Shown here: positions 43,143 to 52,345 of the stretch, in pieces
Position numbering within the stretch: position 1 is the first letter of the stretch
How the letters are laid out: every line of letters begins with the position of its first letter
Assembly: GCA_038319665.1 (NCBI GenBank)
Contig: JBBQDL010000002.1
Coordinates: 25,289 to 89,288, forward strand
Reading direction: 5' to 3'
Source of the DNA: Candidatus Limnocylindrales bacterium
GTDB lineage: Bacteria; Chloroflexota; Limnocylindria; Limnocylindrales; CSP1-4
DNA length: 64,000 bases
Notes under the pieces: generated by a model
Databases searched by the model: none
What the model saw: the letters and a program-made list of their open reading frames with translations, nothing else
What the model was told of the DNA's origin: nothing
Position numbers and translations under genes: made by a program

Positions 43143-44369
43143 ATGTCTGAGCGAGGGCTGCCCAGCATGGACGGAGCCCCGGCCTGTCCATTCGTTGCGT
43201 TCGGTGACGACCGCGATGGCCGTTCGACGAGCCCCGACCATCGGCATCGATGCTTCGCCGAGTCACCCCCCGCGCCGCGCGCGCTCGCCCACCAGGAGGC
43301 GTACTGCCTCTCGAGCGCTTTCCCGGTCTGACCGACGTTCCAGGATTGGGCGCGACGGGAGGCCGCGCACGCCCGAGGTGGCGGTGAGCAGGCCGAGACG
43401 GCTCCGACCGCCGTCCCGATAGGGGTGGCCTTGCCGCCGGACGCGCCGGCGTCGTCGCCGGCCCATCCGGACCTCGTGCCCCAGACCGAGCCACCGACCC
43501 AGATGATCGGCGAGCCGCCGGTCCGGCGAAACCCGCCGCGCGATTGGGCGGCACCGCCGCCGTGGGCCGGCGGCGCGGGGGGCGGGGCGGGCCGTCCGAC
43601 CCCGGCCGGGGAGGACGTCGCCGGCGAGTTCATGGCCGGTCGGTCGGGGGAGGGCCAAGGGCTCGCGGGCAGTGCCGCGGACCGGCTGGCCGGAGGTTCG
43701 CCACCTGTCTCAGGGGCGGTGGGTTCGAGCGCCGCGGCCGCCGTCTGGTCGGCGTCGGCCGCCAGTTCCCCCGCGAGTGGTGCGGATGACGACCTGGCGG
43801 GACTTGTCCAGCCCCGGCCGCCGAGCGCGCCACAGGTCCCGGCTGGCAGGGAGGCCTATCCGACACCGACCCGGACGGGACGTCGCCCCGCCGTCAGCTC
43901 GACCCGACCGCCGGATGCGATCCCCGGCCCGTCCTGGGAACGGATCCGACATCAGGAGGCGTACCCATCGATCCGGACACGGGCGGGGCTGCCCGGTCTG
44001 CCCCGGGTGGCCGTCCTGGCCGGCGCCGTCGCGATCGCTGCGCTCGTGTTGTTCATGCTGCCGTTGCTGCTCGGGTTCGGGGGCGGCGGTGGAACCGGGG
44101 CGAGTCCTTCGCCCGGCGGTCCGCGCGCGTCGGCGATCCCGACCGCGGCCGTGACGGCCGTGCCCTCACCGACGCAGCAGACCTACACGATCAAGAGCGG
44201 GGACAATCTCCTGAAGGTCGCCAAGAAGTTCGGGATCACGCTCGAGCAGCTGCTGGCCGCGAACCCCCAGATCACGAACCCGGACAAGATCGGGCTTGGA
44301 GAGGTGATCGTCATCCCGGACAAGTCCGCGAGCAGCTCGGCAGCTCCGTCGGGTTCAGCCGCGCCGTAG
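43143..44369 (+). pseudogene. LysM-domain membrane protein with N-terminal Cys/His motif, interrupted by an in-frame TGA (43329-43331)
   Basis: Same frame on both sides: 'ACPFVAF...PDHRHRCFAE...HQEAYCLSSAFPV*PTFQDW...'. Then a Pro-rich region, TM 'VAVLAGAVAIAALVLFMLPLLL', and LysM 'YTIKSGDNLLKVAKKFGITLEQLLAANPQI'. Confidence 0.7.
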
Positions 44370-44431
44370 CGGCCGCGCCCGGTGTTCGCCGCCTCGCGCG
44401 GTCGGCGCCTTCGGGGCCGTTCGCTCAGCGG

Positions 44432-44761
44432 CTAGCGCGGCGCGATGTTGATGGCCGTGATCTTGCCGGCCTCGACCCGAAAGGTCGCATCGATGTGCTG
44501 ACTCTGGGCGCCCGGCCGTACGACGAGAAGGTCCGCCTCCCAGGTGTTGCCGGTGTCGCGGATCTCCCCTGGGATCATCCTGAGGCCCTTCTCACCGCGC
44601 AGGAACCAGCCACCGACGCGTTCGACGCCGCGTAGTGTCTGGACGCTGTCGCCCACGTGCACGCGCATCTCGGTCTTCTCGTCCATCAGCGCGACCGCGG
44701 CCTCGCGATCGCCCGTGTTGAGCTTCTCGAAGAAGTCTTCCATCGTCTCGACAGCACCCAT
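44432..44761 (-). CDS. SnoaL/NTF2-like small protein
   Basis: 'MEDFFEKLNTGDREAAVALMDEKTEMRVH...' NTF2-like pattern. Start at 44761 or 44743. Confidence 0.55.
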   Translation of the reverse strand: MGAVETMEDFFEKLNTGDREAAVALMDEKTEMRVHVGDSVQTLRGVERVGGWFLRGEKGLRMIPGEIRDTGNTWEADLLVVRPGAQSQHIDATFRVEAGKITAINIAPR

Positions 44762-44786
44762 TCGCGGAGTGTACCGTCGGCCGCCC

Positions 44787-45437
44787 ATGGGTGCCGCCCT
44801 CGAGACTGCCTGGCCGCTCTTCGGGCTGCGGCTGCGCACGGAACGGCTGGTCCTGCGTCTCCCGACCGACGACGACCTGGTCGCGTTGCTGGCGCTGGCG
44901 AAGGCCGGCATCCATCCGCTCGGCGAGATGCCGTTCGGCGTCGCCTGGTCGACCGTGCCGAGCCCCGACTTCGAGCGCGGCTTCATGCAGCACCACTGGC
45001 TCCGTCGCGCAACGTGGACGCCCGACGACTGGTGGCTGAATCTCATGGTCGAGCTCGATGGCGTGCCCATCGGCTCGCAGTCGATCCACGGCGAGCGGTT
45101 CGCCATGGCCCGGACCGTCGACACCGGTTCATGGCTGGGTCGCGACTTTCAGGGCCAGGGGCATGGCAAGGAGATGCGGGCCGCGGTCCTTGCCTTCGCC
45201 TTCGATGGCCTGGCTGCCCGGATTGCGACGACGGAGGCGTTCGTCGACAATGCCGCATCGGGTGGCGTCTCGCGCTCGTTGGGCTACGCGGAGAACGGCT
45301 TCGGGAGCCTCGCCCCCGAGGGCGTCGCGCGCGAGACACGGCGCTTCCGATTGACGATCGACGACTGGCGGGCGAGGCCCCGGCCGACGCTGGCGATCGA
45401 AGGCCTCCAGGCGTGCCGGGCGATGTTCGGCGGCTAG
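44787..45437 (+). CDS. GNAT (RimJ/RimL-like) N-acetyltransferase
   Basis: 'RTERLVLRLPTDDD', 'GSWLGRDFQGQGHGKEMRAAVLAFAF', 'NAASGGVSRSLGY'. Confidence 0.8.
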   Translation: MGAALETAWPLFGLRLRTERLVLRLPTDDDLVALLALAKAGIHPLGEMPFGVAWSTVPSPDFERGFMQHHWLRRATWTPDDWWLNLMVELDGVPIGSQSIHGERFAMARTVDTGSWLGRDFQGQGHGKEMRAAVLAFAFDGLAARIATTEAFVDNAASGGVSRSLGYAENGFGSLAPEGVARETRRFRLTIDDWRARPRPTLAIEGLQACRAMFGG

Positions 45438-45444
45438 TGCGGCC

Positions 45445-47190
45445 CTAGAAGCCGCCGCCAGCGCCGCCGCCTCCACCGCCCGACCCACCGCCGCTGAAGC
45501 CGCCACCGCCACTCCCCCCGGAGGATGCCGGGGAGTTGCCGATGGTGCCGAGCGCCGACATCATCCCGCCCACGTCGGGGATCCCGGAACCGGAGAAGAG
45601 GCCCCCGCCACTGCCGCTGAGGCCAGTCGAGCTCATGAACGGCTGCCCACCGGCGTTCTGATACCAGAACGGGAAGTAGGGGACCGTACCGGTCGTCCGG
45701 CCCTCCTGCACGTCCTCGAGACTCCTCGAGAGGACGCGCTCGATGTCCATCTGGAGGCCAAGCGCGGTGCCCCACACGACGGCCTGATCGGGCGTGTCGA
45801 GCCAGGACAGGCCGGCTTGATCCACCACCTGCTGCATCGAGCGTGCCTGCGCCATCGTCTTCTGGAGCGTCCGCCGGTAGGCAGCGAGCATCGCCCGGAC
45901 CATCGACCCCGACGCCGTCACGGCCGGCATCACCCGTGCGATGGCGATCACGACGACCCCGCCGGCGATCGCGGCGGCACCGAGCAGGGTCAGCCCCGAG
46001 ATCGGGATGCTGAGTCCCATCACGATGGCGATGCTCCCGACGATGATCGCGAGGATGCCTCGACCGACCCAGCGCGTGACGATCTTGCTGGGCCGCTCCC
46101 CGAACCAGCCGCGCTCGACGACGTGGTCTTCGAGCGCCTTGTCGAAATCGGCGACGGCCGCCCCGAATTTCGGCAGGTCTTCGGCGCTGATGAAGTCATC
46201 CGGTGCATCGCGACCAAGCGATTCGAGGCGTTTCAGTGCGACGTCCTCGGCGGGGCCCGTCGGACGCCGTGCGTTCCGTGCCCGCTGGGCCTGGACATCC
46301 GCGTCGCCCGACGCCGGTTTCACGTCGACGCCGACCTTGTGGCCGCCCAGGCCGAGGAGGCCGCCGCCGTCCTCGCGGAACGCGATGAGGCCGCGGGACG
46401 CGAGGTCCAGCATGGCTGTCGTCAACGCCCTCCGCGAGGTCCCGCCGTCCATCACCATCGCCCCCGAGGCCGCGGTCAGGTCGGGCGGTGGAGCGGGCAT
46501 CAGGACCGACGGGTCGTCGAGATAGACCGGATCCTTTCCGAAGCGGCGCCAATGGAAGAACGCCCATCCCGCCAGGCCGAGGAAGACGATCGGAGCCCCG
46601 ACGAGACCGATGACCGCGTTGATCTGGCGCGACTGCTGGAGCGCCGCCGCGTGCTCGGGTGTGGTCGCGGCGTCGACCTTCGCGAGCGCGACGTCGACCG
46701 CGCCATTGAAGTCGGCGTTGAGCAGGTACGGCAGCATGTCGTTCTGGTAGATCGCCTGGCGATCCTCGTTCGAGAGGAAGGCCGCTTCGAAGCCCGGGCC
46801 GGCGTAGAGCTGGACCTGGCCGTGGCGCAGGTTCGGCTGCATGTCGAAGAAGATCGCCAGTCCGTCATCGAACCCGGCGCGGCCGACGTGCCACTGGTCG
46901 ATCAGGGCCGCAGCCGCGAGCCGAGCATCGTCGGTCGTCGGGTCGTCGCCGCTGTCCTGGGTGTAGACCACGACTTCCGCGCCGGTCCGCGCCTCGATCG
47001 CATCGATCGTCGTCTCGGCCTTGGCGATCGTGCCCGCCGAGAGGATCCCGGCGTAGTCGTAGACGGACTGGTTGAGGACCGGATCCGGGTACGGCGGACC
47101 GGGCGGCGGCGCCGCTGAGACAGCGGCCGCGAAACCGGCCAGCAGCATGCCGACGAAGACTGTGGGCAGGGTGACGGCGAGGCGACGCAT
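45445..47190 (-). CDS. TPM-domain plus DUF2207-type membrane protein with Gly-rich C-terminal tail
   Basis: 'VYDYAGILS...IEARTGAEVVVYT...GLAIFFDM' (TPM). Central TM segments. Tail 'SSGGSGGGGFSGGGSGGGGGGAGGGF'. Confidence 0.75.
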   Translation of the reverse strand: MRRLAVTLPTVFVGMLLAGFAAAVSAAPPPGPPYPDPVLNQSVYDYAGILSAGTIAKAETTIDAIEARTGAEVVVYTQDSGDDPTTDDARLAAAALIDQWHVGRAGFDDGLAIFFDMQPNLRHGQVQLYAGPGFEAAFLSNEDRQAIYQNDMLPYLLNADFNGAVDVALAKVDAATTPEHAAALQQSRQINAVIGLVGAPIVFLGLAGWAFFHWRRFGKDPVYLDDPSVLMPAPPPDLTAASGAMVMDGGTSRRALTTAMLDLASRGLIAFREDGGGLLGLGGHKVGVDVKPASGDADVQAQRARNARRPTGPAEDVALKRLESLGRDAPDDFISAEDLPKFGAAVADFDKALEDHVVERGWFGERPSKIVTRWVGRGILAIIVGSIAIVMGLSIPISGLTLLGAAAIAGGVVVIAIARVMPAVTASGSMVRAMLAAYRRTLQKTMAQARSMQQVVDQAGLSWLDTPDQAVVWGTALGLQMDIERVLSRSLEDVQEGRTTGTVPYFPFWYQNAGGQPFMSSTGLSGSGGGLFSGSGIPDVGGMMSALGTIGNSPASSGGSGGGGFSGGGSGGGGGGAGGGF

Positions 47191-47257
47191 CGAGGGCAGG
47201 ATAGACTCGCGCCGGCCGCGAAGCGGGCCCAGGTCACGCGGGCCGCTCGAATCCACG

Positions 47258-48106
47258 ATGTCAACCCGAACCATGAGGCCGCTCCGGATGCCCGTACCGA
47301 ATCATCGACCGTGGCTCGCGATCGTCGTCGCGGCGATCGTCGTCGCCGCGTGTGCCGGTTCGAATGCGAGCCCGGTCCCGAGCGCGAGTCCGGTCGCCGC
47401 GATCGCATCGCCGAGCGCGTCGCCGACGGCCCTCGCGGCGCCGAGCGCGTCGGCCTCCGCGGCGCCGACCCTCCCGACGCCAACGCCGCTGCCAGCGCTG
47501 CCGCTGACGGCTCGCGCCAAGGCGGCACTGGCCAGATACGTCACGGTGTCAGCGGCCGCGGATCGGTCGTTCCACGCGTCGCTCACCGGCAGCACGACCA
47601 TCAACGGAGAGGACGCCGGGATCTACACCTACGACCTCGATGTCGCCGGGAAGGACGTCTCGTCGACGGCGACCGTCCTCGGGAACACGCTCCGGCTTGT
47701 CGCGGTCGGCGACCGGATGTGGGTCAAGAGCGGCGACAACGACTGGGTGGCGGCACCGCGAAACGACCAGGCGCTGGCGGACGTGCTCGATATCTTCCGC
47801 TACGTGGGCGACCCGACCGCGCTGCTCTACATCGGGTCCACGGTGGAAAGCGGCCACCCAGTCGAGCACTTCCGCAGCGATGGCCCCATCCCATATCAGA
47901 CCGCCGCGATGCGGGCGGCCGGGATCTTCGGCTCGATCAGCAGCCTCGGCCTGACGATCGAGACCGACGGCACGCCCGTCCGGATCACCTATCGAAGCAC
48001 CGGCGACATCCCCAACGCCCAGGGCATCGTGCAGCACGTCGAATCGGCCAACCTGGTGCAGATCAGTCGTTGGGGCGATGCCATCAAGATCACACCGCCG
48101 GTCTGA
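47258..48106 (+). CDS. Lipoprotein, unknown function
   Basis: Lipobox 'AAIVVAAC', Ala/Ser/Pro linker, then a globular domain. No family recognised. Confidence 0.6.
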   Translation: MSTRTMRPLRMPVPNHRPWLAIVVAAIVVAACAGSNASPVPSASPVAAIASPSASPTALAAPSASASAAPTLPTPTPLPALPLTARAKAALARYVTVSAAADRSFHASLTGSTTINGEDAGIYTYDLDVAGKDVSSTATVLGNTLRLVAVGDRMWVKSGDNDWVAAPRNDQALADVLDIFRYVGDPTALLYIGSTVESGHPVEHFRSDGPIPYQTAAMRAAGIFGSISSLGLTIETDGTPVRITYRSTGDIPNAQGIVQHVESANLVQISRWGDAIKITPPV

Positions 48107-48110
48107 TCCG

Positions 48111-49214
48111 TCAGGCGCGCGACCGTCGGCGCGCGAGACGCAGCCGCCCGTCCATCTGAAGCAGGACCTGCGCGGCGTGGGGCCGGCCGTTGTAGGTCGA
48201 GGCGAGCGACGCCGCGTATGCCCCGGTGTCGCTGATCGCCACGAGGTCGCCCCGGCGGAGCGGCGGCAGGTCGTGCATGCCGAGGGCATCGGTCGACTCG
48301 CAGATCGGACCCTCGACCCGCGTCGGCTCGATCGCCGTGGCGTCGTTCGGCGCGATCGGCCGGCCGATGGAGGTGAGCGCGACGATGGGATGGCGCGCGC
48401 CATAGAGCGCCGGCCGGATCAGCTCGGTCATCCCCGCGTCGATCACGACCTGGCGCCCACCGCGGTCGCGGACATGCAGCACGGTCGCGATCAGCCAGCC
48501 CGAGCGTGCCACGAGCGCCCGGCCCGGCTCGATCGCGAGGCGCGTCGGACGGCGGTCGTCGGGGACGCCGGCCAGTAGCTCGGGCAGCTCCCGCGCGAAG
48601 CGTTCGGGACCCGGCACGGGCTCGTCGAGTGGCATGACCGGGAAACCGCCGCCGACATCGAGGGTGTCGAACCCCGGCAGGCCGCCGCGCAGGAGCCCGA
48701 CGACCGCGAGCCCGCGCCGGACGGCGTCGCGCCAGGCATCGACGGCGCGCAGCTGGGACCCGACATGGAGATGGATCCCGCGCGGTCGGAGGGCACCTTC
48801 CGCGTGGTCGGTGAGCCATTCGACGAGGCCCGTCGCCTCGGTCTCGGTGAGACCGAATTTCGAGGCGCCCTCGCCGACCGCAAGGCCGGGGATGGTCTCG
48901 GGCACCACTTCGGGATTGAGCCGAACCAGCACGTCAAGGGCGGGCCGGCCGCCCAGCCCGAGTCCGGCTCGGCGCGCCATCCGCGTCACGACCTCCGCCT
49001 CGTCCGTCGATTCGAGTGCCACCCAGGCGAGGGGCGTGCGGCCGACCGCAGTCGCCCGGACCGCGGCTCGCAGGTCGTCATCGGTCTTGCCGATCCCCTC
49101 GAGGGTGATCCGACCGTCCGGCACGCCCGCTCGGCGCGCGATCGCCCACTCGCCACGCGAGACGACATTCGCACCGAACCCGCGAGCGGTCACTTCGGCG
49201 ACGACCGCCGGCAC
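48111..49214 (-). CDS. lysA: Diaminopimelate decarboxylase-like PLP enzyme (Orn/DAP/Arg decarboxylase family 2); the true start must lie upstream of 49214
   Basis: 'HLHVGSQL', 'DVGGGFP', 'EPGRALVA', 'CESTD'. The PLP-site motif 'YSVKANDVPAVVAEVTARG' begins upstream of the first canonical start (GTG 49214). The frame is open to 49430. Confidence 0.8.
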   Translation of the reverse strand: MPAVVAEVTARGFGANVVSRGEWAIARRAGVPDGRITLEGIGKTDDDLRAAVRATAVGRTPLAWVALESTDEAEVVTRMARRAGLGLGGRPALDVLVRLNPEVVPETIPGLAVGEGASKFGLTETEATGLVEWLTDHAEGALRPRGIHLHVGSQLRAVDAWRDAVRRGLAVVGLLRGGLPGFDTLDVGGGFPVMPLDEPVPGPERFARELPELLAGVPDDRRPTRLAIEPGRALVARSGWLIATVLHVRDRGGRQVVIDAGMTELIRPALYGARHPIVALTSIGRPIAPNDATAIEPTRVEGPICESTDALGMHDLPPLRRGDLVAISDTGAYAASLASTYNGRPHAAQVLLQMDGRLRLARRRSRA

Positions 49215-49389
49215 GTCGTTGGCCTTGACCGAGTACTGCCGGACCCACGGATCGGGGAACGCAGTGCGGACGGCCGTCGCCGCACGGTCGAGCTCGGCTA
49301 CTTCTGTCAGGTAGGCCGGCGTGCCGTACTTGCGGGCGGTCTCCCGCAGCGCGCCGGCGATCGACGGCAGCGAGATGGCACGGTCCGGT

Positions 49390-49797
49390 TCAGTCAGGGA
49401 TGACCATCCGGACGATCGTGCTGACGACGCTCAGCACGATCGCGCCCACGATCGCGGACACCAGCGTGTCGGCGCTCAGGAGCGTCGGCGGGAACTTGCC
49501 GACGGTGAGGTGGAAGCTGGTCGCATCGGCGACCGCCGCCGTGATCAGCAGGAGTCCTGCGTTGATGAGGAAGCCGACGAGCCCCAGCGTCATCAGCCGA
49601 AGGGGCAGGGCCAGGAGCCGGACGATCGGTCCGATCAGCCCGTTCACGATGCCGAAGATGACCGCCAGGACGAGTAGACCGGCGATGGCGCCCTTGTAGC
49701 TGACGAACCCGGGGAGGAACGTCGTCAGGACATAGAACGCGATCGCCGTGACGACGGTGCCGACGATGAAGCCTCTCAAGGCGATGCCTCCGTGCAT
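49390..49797 (-). CDS. 4-TM 'phage holin family' (DUF360-like) membrane protein
   Basis: 'GFIVGTVVTAIAFYVLTTFLPGF', 'LLVLAVIFGIVNGLIGPIVRLLALPL', 'LGLVGFLINAGLLLI'. Confidence 0.65.
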   Translation of the reverse strand: MHGGIALRGFIVGTVVTAIAFYVLTTFLPGFVSYKGAIAGLLVLAVIFGIVNGLIGPIVRLLALPLRLMTLGLVGFLINAGLLLITAAVADATSFHLTVGKFPPTLLSADTLVSAIVGAIVLSVVSTIVRMVIPD

Positions 49798-49914
49798 GGA
49801 TGACCTGGCCGACGAGGATCGGGCGGGCCACCCCGGGACCGATGATGGGAAGAGGTTCCTCCAGCGAGGATATCGCGGTCAAGGACCGCACAAGGCCGCG
49901 TCGAGGAGGCGCCG

Positions 49915-50511
49915 TCAGCGGGCCAACCCGGCGATGAGCGCGGCCTTGACCGCCGGCCACTCCTCGACGATCACGCTGAAGTAGGCGGAATCGCGCAACG
50001 ATCCGTCGGGCATGATCGTGTGGTTCCGAAAGACCCCCTCGAACGTGGCCCCGATCCCGGCCAGCGCGTTCCGCGACTGCTCGTTGCGAGCATGCGTCTT
50101 GAACTCGACGCGGTTGGCGCCCAGCGTCTCGAACGCATGCGTCAGCTGGAGTAGCTTGGCCTCGCGGTTCGAGCCCGTCCGCTGGTAGGCCGTCCCGATC
50201 CACGTCCAGCCGATCTCGAGCCGTCGATGCTCCGGCACGATCGACATAAAGCGACTGCTGCCGACGGCGCGCTCGGTGGCCAGATCGATCGTGGCGAACG
50301 GCCGCTCCGTGCCGGCTTCCTGGTTCGCCAGCGCGGTCTCGACCCAGCGCCGGAGGCCGGCCTCGTCCTGGGGACCCATGATCGTCCACCGCCAGAGCGG
50401 CGCGTCGATGGCGACCAGCGAGAGGTCGGCCAGATGGTCCTCGCGGAGCGGCTCCATCCGAATCCGCGAACCCTCGAGCACGATCGGTTCGACCCATCGC
50501 TGCGACGGCAT
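49915..50511 (-). CDS. GNAT N-acetyltransferase
   Basis: 'IRMEPLREDHLADL', 'EIGWTWIGTAYQRTGSNREAKLLQLTHAFE', 'NEQSRNALAGIGA'. Confidence 0.8.
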   Translation of the reverse strand: MPSQRWVEPIVLEGSRIRMEPLREDHLADLSLVAIDAPLWRWTIMGPQDEAGLRRWVETALANQEAGTERPFATIDLATERAVGSSRFMSIVPEHRRLEIGWTWIGTAYQRTGSNREAKLLQLTHAFETLGANRVEFKTHARNEQSRNALAGIGATFEGVFRNHTIMPDGSLRDSAYFSVIVEEWPAVKAALIAGLAR

Positions 50512-50590
50512 GGCCCGATGGTAGCGGGCCGTGGAGGAGGCGAGCGCCGACGAGCCGCCTGAGCGGCCGCCCGACCCGTAGACTGTCACG

Positions 50591-52345
50591 ATGTCTGACT
50601 TCACCGACCGCGTCGAGGCGTTCCTGGCCGAGTTCTTCCGCCTCAACCCGACCTTCGCCACGGCCATCGGCGAGCACCGTTACGACGACCGCTGGCCGGA
50701 CCTGAGCGTTACCGGCCGGGCGGAACGCGCCGCGTTCACCGAGCGCTGGCTAGCCCAGTTCGGCGCGATGGCCGAGCTCGTCCCGGACGAGGCGATCGAT
50801 CGGGATCTGCTGATCGGCGAGCTCGAAGCGGCCCGCTTCGCCGACACCGAGCTTCGCGAGGACGCCTGGAACCCGCTCGACTGGGTCTACCTCGTCGGCG
50901 ATGGTCTGTTCACCCTCACCGCGCGCGAATTCGCGCCGCTTGCCGACCGACTGGCCTCGACGGCGGGTCGCCTCGAGCGCCTGCCGGCCGTAATGGAGGC
51001 GGCGCGCGAGACCCTCGTCGGCCACGTCGGGCGCCCGGTCGGGCGCTTCCAGACCGAGACCGCGCTGAAGCAGTCAGCCGGGATCGGCGAGCTCATCGGC
51101 GACGCCATCGCCGCCGCCGAGGCGGCCGCCCCGACCGATCCGGCCGTCGCGGCCATCGTCCCCCGGCTGAGCACCGCCGCCGAGACCGGGCGCGCGGCCG
51201 TCAGAGCCTTCGAGACGCACCTGCGCGACCACGTCCTCCCCGCGAGTGAGGGCGAAGGCCGGCTGGGAGCGGAGCTTTTCGCGACCAAGATGCGCCACAC
51301 GATGCGTTCCGAGACGCTGACGCCGGAACGGATCATGGCCGGCGCGGAACGGGAGTACGCCGCGATCCGAGCCGAGATGATCCGGCTCGCCCGCGAGATG
51401 TGGCCGACCTGGTGTCCGGGCAAGCCCATGCCGACCCAGGACAACGCAGTGGTCCGCGGCGTCCTCGACGCCGTCGCGCTCGAGCACCCGACGGCCGATG
51501 CGCTCCTGCACTTCTGCCGGGCGGAGAACGCCCGGATCGAAGCCTTCTGCGCCGGGCGCGACCTCGTCGGGCTGGCCGACGAGCCGCTCGAGATCCAGTG
51601 GACGCCGGTCTTCCTCCGCTCGTTCGGTGGCGCGATGCTCATCTCGCCCGGGCCGCTGGACAAGGGCCAGAAGGCGTTCTTTGCGATCACCCCGATGCCC
51701 GATGACTGGACCCCGGAGCAGCGCGAATCGAACCTGCGCGAGGACAACGACCGGATGCTCCGGCTGCTGACGATCCACGAGGCGGTCCCCGGGCATTACC
51801 TCCAGGGCGTCTACGCCAACCGCAACCCGTCCCTCGTCCGGGCGATCTTCGCCAGCGGCCTCTTCGCCGAGGGCTGGGCGGTCTACGTGACGCAGGTGAT
51901 GATGGACGTGGGCTACGGAGCCGACGACCCGGCCCTCATGCTCACCCATTGGAAGTTCTACCTGCGCTCGGTCACCAACGCGATCATCGACGCGAAGATC
52001 CACACCGCCGGGATGACCGAAGCGGAGGCGGTCTCCTTCATGGTCGAGGGCGGCTTCCAGGAAGAGGCCGAAGCCCGGGCCAAGTTCGACCGGGCGCGCC
52101 TTTCCTCCACGCAGCTCTCGACCTATTTCGCGGGTTCTCTGGAGATGTGGGCGATCGAGCAGGAGGTCCGCCGACGCGCGGCCATCGCGTCCGGCGATCC
52201 GCGCGGTGCCGCCGCGGTCCCCGAACCGCGCGTCGTCGGCGGGTTCGGAGAGACGCCCGGGTTCACCTATCGGCCGCACCTCGAATCCGTGCTCGGCCAC
52301 GGCGCCCCGCCGACCTCACTCCTTCGGCGGATCCTGCTCGGGTAG
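50591..52345 (+). CDS. DUF885-family protein
   Basis: 'IHEAVPGHYLQ' (DUF885 HExxPGH motif) within a collinear ~580-aa body. Confidence 0.75.
   Translation: MSDFTDRVEAFLAEFFRLNPTFATAIGEHRYDDRWPDLSVTGRAERAAFTERWLAQFGAMAELVPDEAIDRDLLIGELEAARFADTELREDAWNPLDWVYLVGDGLFTLTAREFAPLADRLASTAGRLERLPAVMEAARETLVGHVGRPVGRFQTETALKQSAGIGELIGDAIAAAEAAAPTDPAVAAIVPRLSTAAETGRAAVRAFETHLRDHVLPASEGEGRLGAELFATKMRHTMRSETLTPERIMAGAEREYAAIRAEMIRLAREMWPTWCPGKPMPTQDNAVVRGVLDAVALEHPTADALLHFCRAENARIEAFCAGRDLVGLADEPLEIQWTPVFLRSFGGAMLISPGPLDKGQKAFFAITPMPDDWTPEQRESNLREDNDRMLRLLTIHEAVPGHYLQGVYANRNPSLVRAIFASGLFAEGWAVYVTQVMMDVGYGADDPALMLTHWKFYLRSVTNAIIDAKIHTAGMTEAEAVSFMVEGGFQEEAEARAKFDRARLSSTQLSTYFAGSLEMWAIEQEVRRRAAIASGDPRGAAAVPEPRVVGGFGETPGFTYRPHLESVLGHGAPPTSLLRRILLG

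Noticed and set aside
45445-45560. GC-simple repeat (GCCGCC/GCCACC runs) at the 3' end of the DUF2207 gene.
   Set aside because: On the minus strand it encodes the Gly/Ser-rich C-terminal tail of the protein. It is not an independent repeat element.
49390-49797. 'Phage holin family' protein as a sign of a prophage or lysis cassette.
   Set aside because: No endolysin, capsid, terminase, integrase or att-like repeats are nearby. This 4-TM family (DUF360-like) is widespread as a chromosomal housekeeping membrane protein.
52316-52345. 30-nt convergent overlap of the DUF885 and GH13-like genes as a regulatory antisense feature.
   Set aside because: Short 3'-end overlaps are common in compact genomes. 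Others in this window include 35686-35689 and 34704-34726.
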